From: Saccostrea cucullata | Taxonomy: Eukaryota | Direction of reading: 5' to 3' | Length of the DNA: 64,000 nucleotides | Assembly (NCBI RefSeq): GCF_032062105.1 | Contig: NW_026919509.1 | Coordinates: forward strand, 1-64,000 | In this document: in pieces, positions 23,801 to 34,675 of the stretch | How positions within the stretch are numbered: the first letter of the stretch is position 1 | Layout: every line of letters starts with the position of its first letter | Made by a program: the position numbers and the translations under genes | Notes under the pieces: model-generated | What the model saw: only the letters and a program-made list of their open reading frames with translations | The model's database searches: none | Told to the model about the DNA's origin: nothing

Positions 23801-26800
23801 GATCAGTGCCAAGAAATAATACAGATCTAAATTTCCCTTTGCATGGAGAAAAAGGAATGCCATGTTTAGTGAAGGTATTTCCAAGATTTATGTTATTTAG
23901 TAAAATCTTTCATTCGTTTAATCAAATATTAAAAATGTAGAAAGATGATGCATGAACAATGTTTTCAACATTTATTTTGTTATTTGTATATACATTGCAA
24001 ATAAAAGGGGTGTTATCAGTGTATACTATTCTATCTACAGATTTATGAAGATATGGATGGATTTGCAGTAAATGATATGGTGGAATTTATAGGGGTTCTT
24101 TCAGTTGATCCATCATTGGCTCATTTCCATGAAGAAAACAGGTACATATAAGAAGCAGTTTGAATTAGATATATGATTCTAGCATTTATTTCATATAAAG
24201 AATTTTTACAGAAAATTAACTTACTAGTGGTGAAGTAATTTCTTTTGATTTTATGTTGGAACAGGTCAGATGGCATACAGAGCAGTATAGAGGGTTATGA
24301 GGAACCCATGGAAGAGAAGGATGCACATGCCCCGCCCCCTTCTCTGGTGCCCAGACTTCACGCTCTGGTTCACCACAAACTGAAGCACAATAACCCCCAT
24401 GTATCCACAGAGAAAGACAAGTTAGAGTCAGGTAAAGGGGATCCTTTATGTGCCGTGCTCTTGTGCATTGTAAAAGAATGTGAATTTTTATACTTTAGCA
24501 TAGTTAATTTTTAAAGACAAAATACCACATCAAAAGTATTGAAAAGAAATTATCTCTCTCTCAAATATGGTTAAAGCAGAGAAATAGGAAAGATGTATTT
24601 AAGGTTTAAGCTAAATGATATATATCTGTGACTCTGTGTAATTCCGTTGTGAATAGTATTGATATGATGTTTTTCTATGGGTTTTACAGATGTGAGTTCC
24701 CTTAGGACAGAGATCTTCACGTTACGACGTCAGATCCTGTCAGCCCTGGAGCAGGTCATGCTGGGAGATTCTCTGGCAGCCGAGTACTTCCTGTGTCATT
24801 TGATCTCCTCTGTGTAAGACAGTCATTGATTTATTGCTTATTCTTTCCCATTATAACATAACAGTTGTGTTATCTTCAGAAAAGTATACTGTTTAGGTAG
24901 AATTTTTAGTAAGGATTCGATTCTGGTATTAACAAAGGTTCTGAGATTTCTAATATAAAATATAGCATTTTAATTTGTTCCTTATTGGTTATTATAGCTT
25001 TCTCTATTGACTTTTTAAAATCCCTTAAAGATTCCAATTTCATTTTAAATGTACTTTTTGCATTCAGGTATGGAAGAGCTGATGTGATGCCTTTAGGAAA
25101 GTTTAGTTTGAATATCACCCACTGTCCCCCAACTAAAGAGTATGGACAACTAATACACACTTTTATGGAAGCACTTACCACTAAGGTAGCAATTTGATGA
25201 TTGGATAGAAAGAAGGGCATTTAATATTTATATTTGAAATTTTTTTTGGAAAAAAAATGTTCAAAATAATCTTTCAAGTTAAAGAACATCTGATAAGGGA
25301 TAAAAGGGGAGGGGAAATCATTTTTTTCGAAGTGTTTTTCAAGTAATCTTACAATTCACAGTGCCACTTTCTTCCCTTGTCCATTGAAAACATGAACAAC
25401 TTGAGGCTGTGTCCAGAGAAGGACTACACAGCTAACCGGCTGAAGAGTGGGGTGTTACAGCTGTCTGCAGACACCTCCCTTATCATTGACGAGACACAGC
25501 TACAACCAGGACAGCTGGAGGCAGTAGGTCAGTCACAGTGTAAAACTTAAAAGCTGAAGAAATTGAAAATGTTTAAGAACATGAAAGGGGTTCATGAGGA
25601 TCCTTATCTGACACTGTTTTAAAAGTCAAGAATATTTAGTTTTAGTAACTAATGCATAAATCAAACTTGTCAAATACATGTGATGTAATATTCCACTAAT
25701 ATCTGTGTAGTAATTTCATGATTCATGGCATAGTTTGTACTTCATGCATTCATTTCAAAAAGGCCAGTATTTAGGCAGGATTTCAATGTTCCTGCACATT
25801 TAAAAAATCAGATCCAAATATTATTTGGTTGTACCAGTAATAGATAGTTAACTGTATTTTCTTATCTTCTCAGGTGTGAGAAACATCACAGCTCTTGGAA
25901 ACCTCATTAGTTGGCAGAAGGTGGAATATGATTTTCGTTTCCATAGACAAGATTTCTTGTCCAATGTTTCTGTTCTGATTTTATCTGAAGCAAAGTCTAT
26001 CTTACCAGTAAGTATCAATTAGGCAACATCCTCTACAAGATGTCTCTCACAAAAATAATCAAATTTTGGAACTTCACTCCCCCTCTTATGAATTGTTCTT
26101 ATTCTACATGTAAACTTGCTTAAACTTGTATGTGAACATAGAAATTACATAATTTTGGGGTAACTTTCACTGTATGAAACTTTGCAGTTTGGAACTGTTC
26201 TTTGTATTGTTGATGTAAACCAAAAGCAAGTTTGATAAAATCCATGAAAAATGATCCTTCACACCACTCTTCAGTCTGTTGTGAATTTTAAAATTAAAAT
26301 TAATAATCAATGTGTCCAAAATCATGAATATTTGTCACTTGTGAATAATTAAACAATTATCATTGCAGAGTGATTGCCTGGTGCCTATGAACCCAGCCTG
26401 TAAAGTAGAAAATCTCCAGCGACATTTCTCACAGCTTGATGTACTTCTCACCCCAGAGTTTCTGGGTCGTCTGAGGAGCTATCTGACCATCTGTAAACTT
26501 TTGGAATACACAATAGATGACACCATGCAAAAGGTAAACTAAATGATAAGGAAGAAGTAAGGACTCTCTGCTAGCATTTAAGAGTTTCTTAGAAGTATAT
26601 AGGTTGATGCTAATTTTAATTTTATCATTTCAGTCAATACAAGATGACTTTGTAGAAATAAGGAAGACCGATCCAAAGTCCATGTCTGTGGATGACTTTC
26701 ACACATTGCTAAATTTAGTCAGGTATAGATATTTTTAAACATTTATTACAAGCCTTTGCTATGGCCTTGAATTTGTCATTTAGGTCTCTGTTTCATCAAT

Positions 26801-26943
26801 TACTATTTTCTTTCTCATTTACTAACAGGTTGTTATCATTGAGTGCTATGGAAACTGCCCCAACACAAAGTACATGGGAGAAAGCTAAAACCATGGAGTC
26901 GGAAAGGAAAAGGAGAATTCTAATGATGAACAATAGTCAGTGA
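17533..26943 (+). CDS. MCMBP: Mini-chromosome maintenance complex-binding protein, 15 exons, ~619 aa
   Basis: Exons 17533-17590, 18692-18771, 18974-19156, 19937-20038, 20207-20390, 23801-23874, 24041-24141, 24265-24431, 24690-24813, 25068-25185, 25362-25527, 25874-26007, 26369-26533, 26634-26722 and 26829-26943 give 1860 nt with no internal stop. Diagnostic motifs: [96 protein letters not shown]. Confidence 0.97.
17803..18360. mobile_element. 558-bp almost fully palindromic MITE with TA TSD (Tc1/mariner type) in MCMBP intron 1
   Basis: Arms of ~270 bp are near-exact reverse complements around a ~10-nt loop near 18075-18084; TA at 17801-17802 and 18361-18362. Confidence 0.9.
19267..19759. mobile_element. 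Mutator-like non-autonomous element with 9-bp TSD in MCMBP intron 3
   Basis: Long imperfect TIRs starting TAGCTGCAGAA; direct repeat TATTAGACC at 19258-19266 and 19760-19768. Confidence 0.8.
20039..20206 (+). other. U12-type (minor spliceosome) AT-AC intron, MCMBP intron 4
   Basis: 5' splice site ATATCCTTTT at 20039; branch point TTCCTTAAC at 20190-20198; terminal AC at 20205-20206. Splicing joins ..WVKS to GYSD.. in frame. Confidence 0.93.
20466..20686. mobile_element. MITE with TACTGTAGATTCCT termini (TA TSD)
   Basis: Perfect terminal inverted repeat; an inverted sister copy lies at 43234-43453. Confidence 0.85.
20867..21840 (+). mobile_element. Inner Helentron-like element of the same family, nested in the outer copy
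   Basis: A second 5' end at 20867 and its own 3' hairpin and CTAGT ending at 21840; the body is homologous to 21841-23760. Confidence 0.75.
22144..22355. mobile_element. MITE with TACTGTA(A/G)ATCACT termini
   Basis: 'tactgtaaatcact' and 'agtgatctacagta'; rich in TCGCGA motifs like the 20466 family. Confidence 0.8.
22467..23250. mobile_element. hAT-type non-autonomous transposon with 8-bp TSD
   Basis: TIR TAGTGATGG / CCATCACTA, AATCG subterminal repeats, TSD AACATATA / AAGATATA; empty homologous site at ~21325-21350. Confidence 0.85.
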
Positions 26944-27275
26944 TTCTGGGTCTATGACAGTTGTTTAGAGTTTGTGAGAGAAAAGGGACATTTCCAGGAA
27001 TGGAAAATGGCATATGCAATATTATATATACAAGTATATTACTTTGTTTACAATATTTACTTCTTGCATGTATATACATGTAGTTTTGTACATTTTGTTT
27101 ACAAATAGTACCTCTATTTTTCAAAAATTGATTTTACAAATATGATACCTACAAGTATAATAAATTATGGTAATGGATTTGCCAATGATTAATTGTAAAA
27201 TGTCAGAATAGAGAAGCATCACTGGAGATCACAGCAATCATGTTGTATTTTCCAGTCAGTGCATTGAACACCTGA

Positions 27276-30200
27276 TTATTTTTTCACCATCTTTTTTGAT
27301 GCACTTTTGCTTGTTTTCTTCTGAATCTTGGTATTTTGAATTCCTCCATTTTGTGTTGAGTAGGAATGAACTGTTATTTCGTCTACATTGAAGGTGACTA
27401 TCTTTGGATGTAGAGATGTAAAGGAAGGTTTGTTGACCGTTTCTGCAGGACAAAAAAGTTGGTTGATTTCGCATTTATTAATGAATAATTGAATGCTTAT
27501 AGATACAGAGTGAAGGCTTTAAATATTATTGAATAAGAATACACTTTAAATATTCTCGAGTTAAAATACAAACTGTTTGTTAAAGAGGACTTCTCCCTTT
27601 TTAGTGCAGGGACTGGTAATGAGTCTTTTTCTGGAGAGTTGTTTAATGTCTTCTTGTCAGTTGGTTTCTCTGTATCAAGGCATAAAGTGAATAAATTAAA
27701 AATAAAGTTCCATTGTTGAAAAACACCCCTTTTAGCCAAGAATTGCAAATATTATGGTCAGTAATTCAGAATGTCATTTTTGAGTCCATTCCCGAGTAGC
27801 TATAACCTTCTTGGACCAAACTTGCATGATTGATGCATCTAAGAATGTAGGCCTACTAAATACATTTGGAAGCAGCATGAAACCTACTATTAAAGGCTTG
27901 GAAATGTTATAGGTTTGGAGCAGGTCAGTTCATCAGTATTATATCAACACCATTCTTCGTCCGAAATATCTGACGTTTTCCTGGCATGTAAAATATGAAA
28001 ATCGTAAAAAAGTCTGGAAAACGTCAATTTTTCGGACTAACCATTCTCAACAAACTCGGCTGGATGTTGCCTTCAAGTTTTAGATGCTCACTACCACCCT
28101 AGCTTAAATTGGATGTTTATTCCAACTTTTAATACGGCATTAGTTGTCTATCCCAGAGCTAAGCCACCACAGTTTAGCACTGCCAAGTTCGAGTTGGCAG
28201 GTTGCAAAACGGTCTTGGACTGAAATATCTTGCAGAACATACTGAGAGTTCATTCTTGACACAAAGTTTGTGTACTATGTATGTCCTAATCTTGACTGAC
28301 AAGCACCATTTGGAAAGGAATCTAGCAGAAAAATGTACGGACTTTCATATAATAGAGAAACTAAGAAATCTACTTGATAAGATAATAAAACTAAAGAATG
28401 TGATGTAACTTGACAAGAAATGTTGCACAAATCAATATTGGAATGGAAGAGGGTGGGTATGCTTTCTCACAAGCCCAGTTAAGATACTGGTTATGATGTC
28501 CAAAAGGTCATTTGATGAAGATCTACCTCGACCAAGGTAAAAATCGGAAGTAATCTTGTAGAAAGGTAAGTACTTAACCAACCTTTCTTCAGTAAGACGG
28601 TTGAAATCCGAAAATTGTAGACGTTGTGCTTCCTCTGGGTATAAGTTGTAAAGTTCTTGTCACCTGCTAAGAAAAGTCAGATGTAATCTTCCACTGCAGT
28701 GGATAACAAGCCAACCAAGATACTAGCACCTAATGCCTCAATCTACTTAAAATTAGCGGTAGCGGATTCGGAACCCGCAAAATAATACCTGGGCACTTGC
28801 AGTCATATTCTGTAAGCCCGGTGAATGATGTTATGGATCTAGTGACCTTACTGAATCTGTCTAGAGCCGTGTCACACTCCAGCACATGTTTGAGGAGGGC
28901 CTGGGGTGTTCTGTACTGCCCCCTGCTGTCTTTGTAGTTCGTGTGATGTGAGTGACAGGGCGGGTCAGTGTAGTCAAGGATTCTCACATCTATTTCATCG
29001 CGAACCTCCTCGTAATTCTTCAAAATAGTTCTGCGCTGGCATTCTGTAATAAGATTATATAAGTTGTATAAAATTTTAGGTAGATAATTTAATTTTCATG
29101 TTTGATTTTTTTATAAATTGAACACATTTAATGCTAGTATAGTGACGAAAAACTAAAGCAAAATACATACAACAAATGGTGATTACTCTACCTTTGCACT
29201 GAAAAGTTATGGGTGTTGAAGGAAAAAGCTGCTCCAATAGAAAAGTTTCTTTTGACATTTTTAGTTCGTCCACGAAGACTTCCAAAGCAGGTTTTCTCTT
29301 GACTTGCAATAAACTGAGGAACCCTCTTGCTCTGCTTCGCCTACTACCCAGCCCCTTAATCCAAGTTACCTCTTTTTCTGAAAATATGTCATCTTGTTGG
29401 AAGCGTGAGAGAAAATCGAATGGTTCTAACTCGTCTTCTAACAGCGATCTGTTGTCTGCTAATAGCTCGACCAGAGAACTTCTGTCTACTTCCCATTGCT
29501 CTCCTTTCAATCCATAAAAAGAAATTGAATTTAGACTTTATTGTCTTCGTTTTATTTTGAAAATTCTTTTCATGAATGCAAATGGAACACTTGGGTAGTG
29601 TTGATATTAAATTTTAAAATCATGACCCCGGGGGTAGAGCGGGCCCACAGTAGGGAATCCAAGTATTACATAGAAATATATAGAACAAATCTTTAAAAAT
29701 CTTCTTCCAATATCTTCTGGAAGTCTTGGGTAGGAAATAATTAACCTACAATGTTCAGAAATTTAGAACAAATCTTTAAATATCTTCTTCTCAAAAACAC
29801 TGGGCCAGTAAAGCTGAAACTTATGTGGAAGATCCTGCATAAAAGTGTTAAAATCATTTGGGGAAGACCATTAATTATAGGCAAATGCCTCTTGTTTTTT
29901 TTTTTTTTCATTGCCACTTTAGCAGGAGACAATTTCCCGGAAAATGTCTAAAAGAACCACGAAAGTATATATCTGTAATCATTTTATAGGTTTGCCATTT
30001 TGTTTGTCATACGTTATTTTTGTATAGCAAAATGGTGGAACATAATTTTGTAGGTAACTCTACGCTGTGCATTCATTGATTCAATACGTTTGCAAAATAA
30101 CGGTGGCTGAGGGCGACTGAATGACCAACCAAATCCACGAACATTGGACCCCAACGAACAAAGTAATGATATTTCCTCAGTAATAAACATGATCGAACCT

Positions 30201-32913
30201 TCCATGAATCCATTTGTTATTGTTTCTACTTGAAGCTGGAGAGTTCCCAATGGCAGGATCTCCGAGATTTGAGGATCCTCTAGTATCTTCTGGATAAACA
30301 TCTTCAGACTGTTTTTGTCCAGATTCTCTGCTGCAGTGCTTGTCAGGGCTTTCAAGTATAGAACTATGGACCCGGCATGACCATCCTGTATGCTCATATG
30401 CATGAATCTATTGGCCAGTTCGTCTAGTTTTGAATCCTTGTTTTGGATTCTGCGAACAAACGTCTTTTCTAATGCGTGTATTTTCCGCAAATGTTGATTT
30501 CTGAATTTGAAAATGATCACATGGTCTCCTTCGTCATCTTCACTGTTAACTGTAAGTAAAACTGTGTAATTAAAGTAAAAAGGTTTTAAAAAGTTAGCAA
30601 GAGAGCAGATTCAACCCAAATATTACATGCAAAGCCTTGGTAATATGTTTCATCATTCCAGTGTAATGTTTTTTTGGTTTTATTACATGTTAGAGATCAC
30701 CAATCATTCATGAAGCTTTAAGTTTTTTTGTGCTACGTAATATTTATGTTTGTGTTTCATGCTTAGATAGACCTATAGTTTTGAAGAAGTTCGACGTAGT
30801 AAACGGTTTAAGGGAAAAATTCTATATCCTATGTGTGCTCGTTAGTTAAAAGTGTTCTCCCAAATCTGGTGTTCTTTACTTTTTAATTCTCAATAGACAA
30901 TAGACACTTTTAGACAGCAAGTCTATACCTATCTGTATGTCTCTTGGTTTTAATAAAATCTGAAAATTGTCTTTTAGAAAGTTTTTGGAGAAAAATCGTT
31001 AACTTTTACACGCATAAGTTAAGAAAACTAATTGTCTTACCATCGACCACTTTCAGCAAATGCTCATCTTGGAATAACACTCTAACATGTTTTTCACGTA
31101 CATCTGTGTGATGAAAATAAAATTTTATTTGTCAAATAACGCATCATGGATATGATGTAATTATTTTATTCATTTTCTATATGTTTTCGTAAAGTATTAG
31201 TGTTCTGACAACCTCTCTTGGATTCATAGTAATTAAGCAGACGTTTACACTTGTACCTTTTGTCTTGCTGAGGTCTGCTTTCTTTAGATTTTCGACGACA
31301 GACACACCGGGTAAAACATGACGTAAGCAGTCGACAGCGCAAAGGAAACAGTTCAAAACGTCAATATCATCCTTCATAACCTTCTTAAGAAGTGCTCTAG
31401 CCCGCCTCGATTTGGAGTTCTCATTTTGGATCTCGTCATGGTCATAAGTAGAGAATTTGTCATCCTCTAGCTCCTGTAACAAGAAATCAGCGGTGGAAAC
31501 TGCTTCAATGGTTTTGCACAGGAAAGTTTCTTTCATGTTTACATGGTCTATTGTTATTTCTCTTTGCCACTGCGACCAATCTGTGTGTAAAAGGAAATGT
31601 GTTTATAGTTGTTTGATAGAACTCTATAAAGAATTCTTATATACCTTACAATTTAATGAGAAAGACTAAATAACAATTTAAGAAAGACTAATTTTCATAT
31701 ACCAAAAATCATTACAATGTACCTTCTTTAGTTTTTAAGTCTTTGTATTTTTTAAAGTATGAAGAATGTAACCATATCCATTGGCTGATAACATGTTGAT
31801 AAATTTGTTACATGCAGATCTTCCCTGACGAAGAAGAAGTTTTAGCAGGATATCTACCTGCGCACACCTGGGGTTGGGATTACAAGCAACATTTATTTCA
31901 AGTTCAGATAGGATTGCTTCCTGATACAGAAAAGGCCAGATATATCCAACTGACAGCTCCTCTTTAAGGAATATGTAATTTCTGCGGACTATGATGTCCT
32001 CTGAGGGTAAGATAAAAATATAACCATAGTATTGTCAATAAAATAGCAAGTTAAAGAAACTGAAGATGTATTCGTGCATATAATAACTGGCAAATAATTA
32101 CATTTTATTTACCTGGTAATATAGATATAACTATTTTAGCTTCGTTTCGTATAAGTTCATTTTGTTCTTCATCAGTTTCATCTGAAAAAAAGAATGTTAT
32201 CAGTATTATCACTTTAATTTTTTTAATGACTTTAACAGATTATCAATTACTTTATAACAAAATCTCATAAACCGCTCCACACAATTTTGTCAAACTTTGC
32301 CTTTAATATCAATGTGTAAAAACATATTCAAAGAAATTCCGATTCCTTCATATTTTCGGGAATTTTTCAAACTAGATTTTTGCTATATCTTGAAATATAC
32401 AGTTTGTCAGCACAAAAAAGCTGCACACAATTTTTACAAATTTACAAAGTGACACAAATTTACATGTATATTCAAAAAAATCCGATTCCTTTATTTTTTC
32501 CACGAATTTCAGCACTCCGACTTTTGAGGGAGCGTGGGGTATGTGAGCATTTTTTTTTATGAATTTAACAGATTATCAATTAATTTATAATAAAATCTGC
32601 CAAGGTTCCGTTTTACAAGAGAACTTACGACACTAAGACCAAAACTTTTGCTTTTAATATCATGCAAAAATAACCTGTTCAAAGTACTAGTACTTGAATA
32701 AAACGTCTTCTGTTTTTTTAAACGATTAAATTGACAACAGAAAAGGAAAAAAAATTAAATTCTTTTGAAAATGAAATATACAATTTTTAGAAAAGAGAGA
32801 CAGAGAGAGATAGAGAAATTGTAAAAGCACATGTATATTGAACATTTCCTTCACCTTTCTCTTCTATGAAAGAAATAAACGTGATTCATTCTCATACATG
32901 TAAAAATATACAC

Positions 32914-32982
<69 letters not shown>

Positions 32983-33362
32983 GGTAAAAGTGCATGTATA
33001 TTGAACACATGAACATCAGAAATATAATCTTTTTGTAATAAAAACGAAAATTGATGTCAGCTCAAGAAGTGAAACTGTATTCATAGAAGATCATTATTTT
33101 ATTTTTAAACATTAAAAAATGCATTAGTGCATTATACTCATGCATTAATGAGTATATATGTAATACAAATATTTCCAAATATGTGTAAAAGAAAAGAATA
33201 TGATTGTTTTAATCTTAAATGCCTGCCACATAGGGGGAAAAATATCAGTTACTTTGTAATTATGACAAATAAACCAGTTTTAAAGATTTCTACTCCAAAA
33301 GCTTTACCATAAAATCCACTGGAATAGGTTACACCTCGTTCAAGATCTATCAAAGGATCCAT
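27276..33362 (-). CDS. Multi-CARD/death-fold protein with a TRADD-N-like domain (~650-680 aa); frameshifted in this sequence, possibly a pseudogene
   Basis: Predicted exons 33362-33308, 32181-32113, 32000-31723 (CARD-like: IVRRNYIFLKEEL..QVDILLKLLLRQGRSACNKFINML), 31580-31257 (CARD-like: ADFLLQE..EIQNENSKSRRARALLKKV), 31103-31041, 30549-30199 (GSIVLYL motif), 29503-29192 (CARD-like: LLADNRSLLEDELEP..SRRSRARGFLSLL..ALEVFVDEL), 29043-28789, possibly 28663-28583, 27669-27574 and 27442-27276. Introns are GT-AG and phase 1, except that exon 3 is 1 nt short. First and last exons are tentative. Confidence 0.7.
29560..29865 (+). repeat. Fragment of the Cg170-like satellite/HINE in an intron
   Basis: 'aaatcatgacccccgggggtagagcgggcccac..aaaaatcttcttc' matches the monomers at 11290-11560. 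Confidence 0.75.
32918..32978 (+). repeat. (GA)n microsatellite
   Basis: About 30 uninterrupted GA units. Confidence 0.95.
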
Positions 33363-33874
33363 TCCTTCGGCATCGTAAGGTGCAGCATAATTTAATCTGC
33401 GGTTGACATATCCTTAATTAATTTGTCGACTTGGTATTGAAATTCTTAAAGACACTTCTTTTACTATTTGAACTGTTTAAAAGTTTTTAACTGTATATAG
33501 TACAATGAGCAAACATCTCAAGGCTTTTTAAACCATTTAAAATCATTGTTTTAGTACGTTATTTAGAACAATATAAATGTACTTCCACGTAAACGCTTTC
33601 TCTTTAAATCTTAATGTAATAATACTTTATGGTAAAGACTAAATCATGTAAATAAAATGATAAGCTTGAAAAAAGGGCATTATTATTAATGAAAGCAGAT
33701 ATAACGAAAATATCTGTAAAGCAAATAATTTAATGTCATATTTACAGTATTAATAATAACATCAAAGATAAATAGCATAATTTACAAGTTGTACATTTAA
33801 AGGTTTAACACTGAAATGACATTCATTTGTATTTGTCCCTGTTCATTCTTTAAAATTGAAATTTTGAAAGTATT

Positions 33875-34260
33875 TTAACAAGCATATTTCGTCTCCACCC
33901 GGAAGTGGCCCTGGTTCGTGTCGGCTTTTACATGCTCCATGATAGGTTTGGGAACATCGACTTTTGGATTACAAATGAAGTAGACATTTGAAGAATACTT
34001 TGTCGGGTGGTCGATCACACTGCCATGGAACATTTGTAAAAATACTCCTTAAAAAGAAACAAACAATTCGCTATAGCCAAGTTGTTGGATTTACTCACCT
34101 GAGCCGAAGGATTATTTTTTGTCAAAATTTTCCGTAAACTGTCGTTGTCGTTGTCGTCGTCGTCGTCGGCGTAAACTTTTCACATTTTCATCTTCTTGTC
34201 AAAATCACTACCAAATTTAACCAAACTTGGCAAAAAGTATCCTTGGGTGAAAAGATACAA

Positions 34261-34298
<38 letters not shown>

Positions 34299-34641
34299 AA
34301 ATTGAATTTATTAAAAATTAATGGCACTTTTAAAAAATCTTCTTATATACCACTGGGCCAGGAAAGATGAAACTCATGTGGAAGCATCCTCTGGTAGCGA
34401 AGATTCAAATTTGTTCAAATCATGACCCCCGGCAAGGGTGGGGCCAAAATGGCTTCCCAAGTTTTACATAGGAATGTATAGGAAAAATCTTTAAAAATCT
34501 TCTTCTCAAGAACCACTAGGCCAGGAAAAATGAAACTCATGTGGAATCATCCTCAGGTAGTGTAGATTCAAGTTTGCTTAAATCCTCCGGCAAAATTCAA
34601 AATGGAACCCTAGTATTACATAGGAATATATAGGGAAAATC

Positions 34642-34675
<34 letters not shown>

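Noticed and set aside
28440-28660. About 75-codon Met-less minus-strand frame (QELYNLYPEEAQRLQF..)
   Set aside because: No recognisable homology and no in-phase splice sites; the alternative frame with a phase-1 acceptor and donor (28663-28583) fits the gene better.
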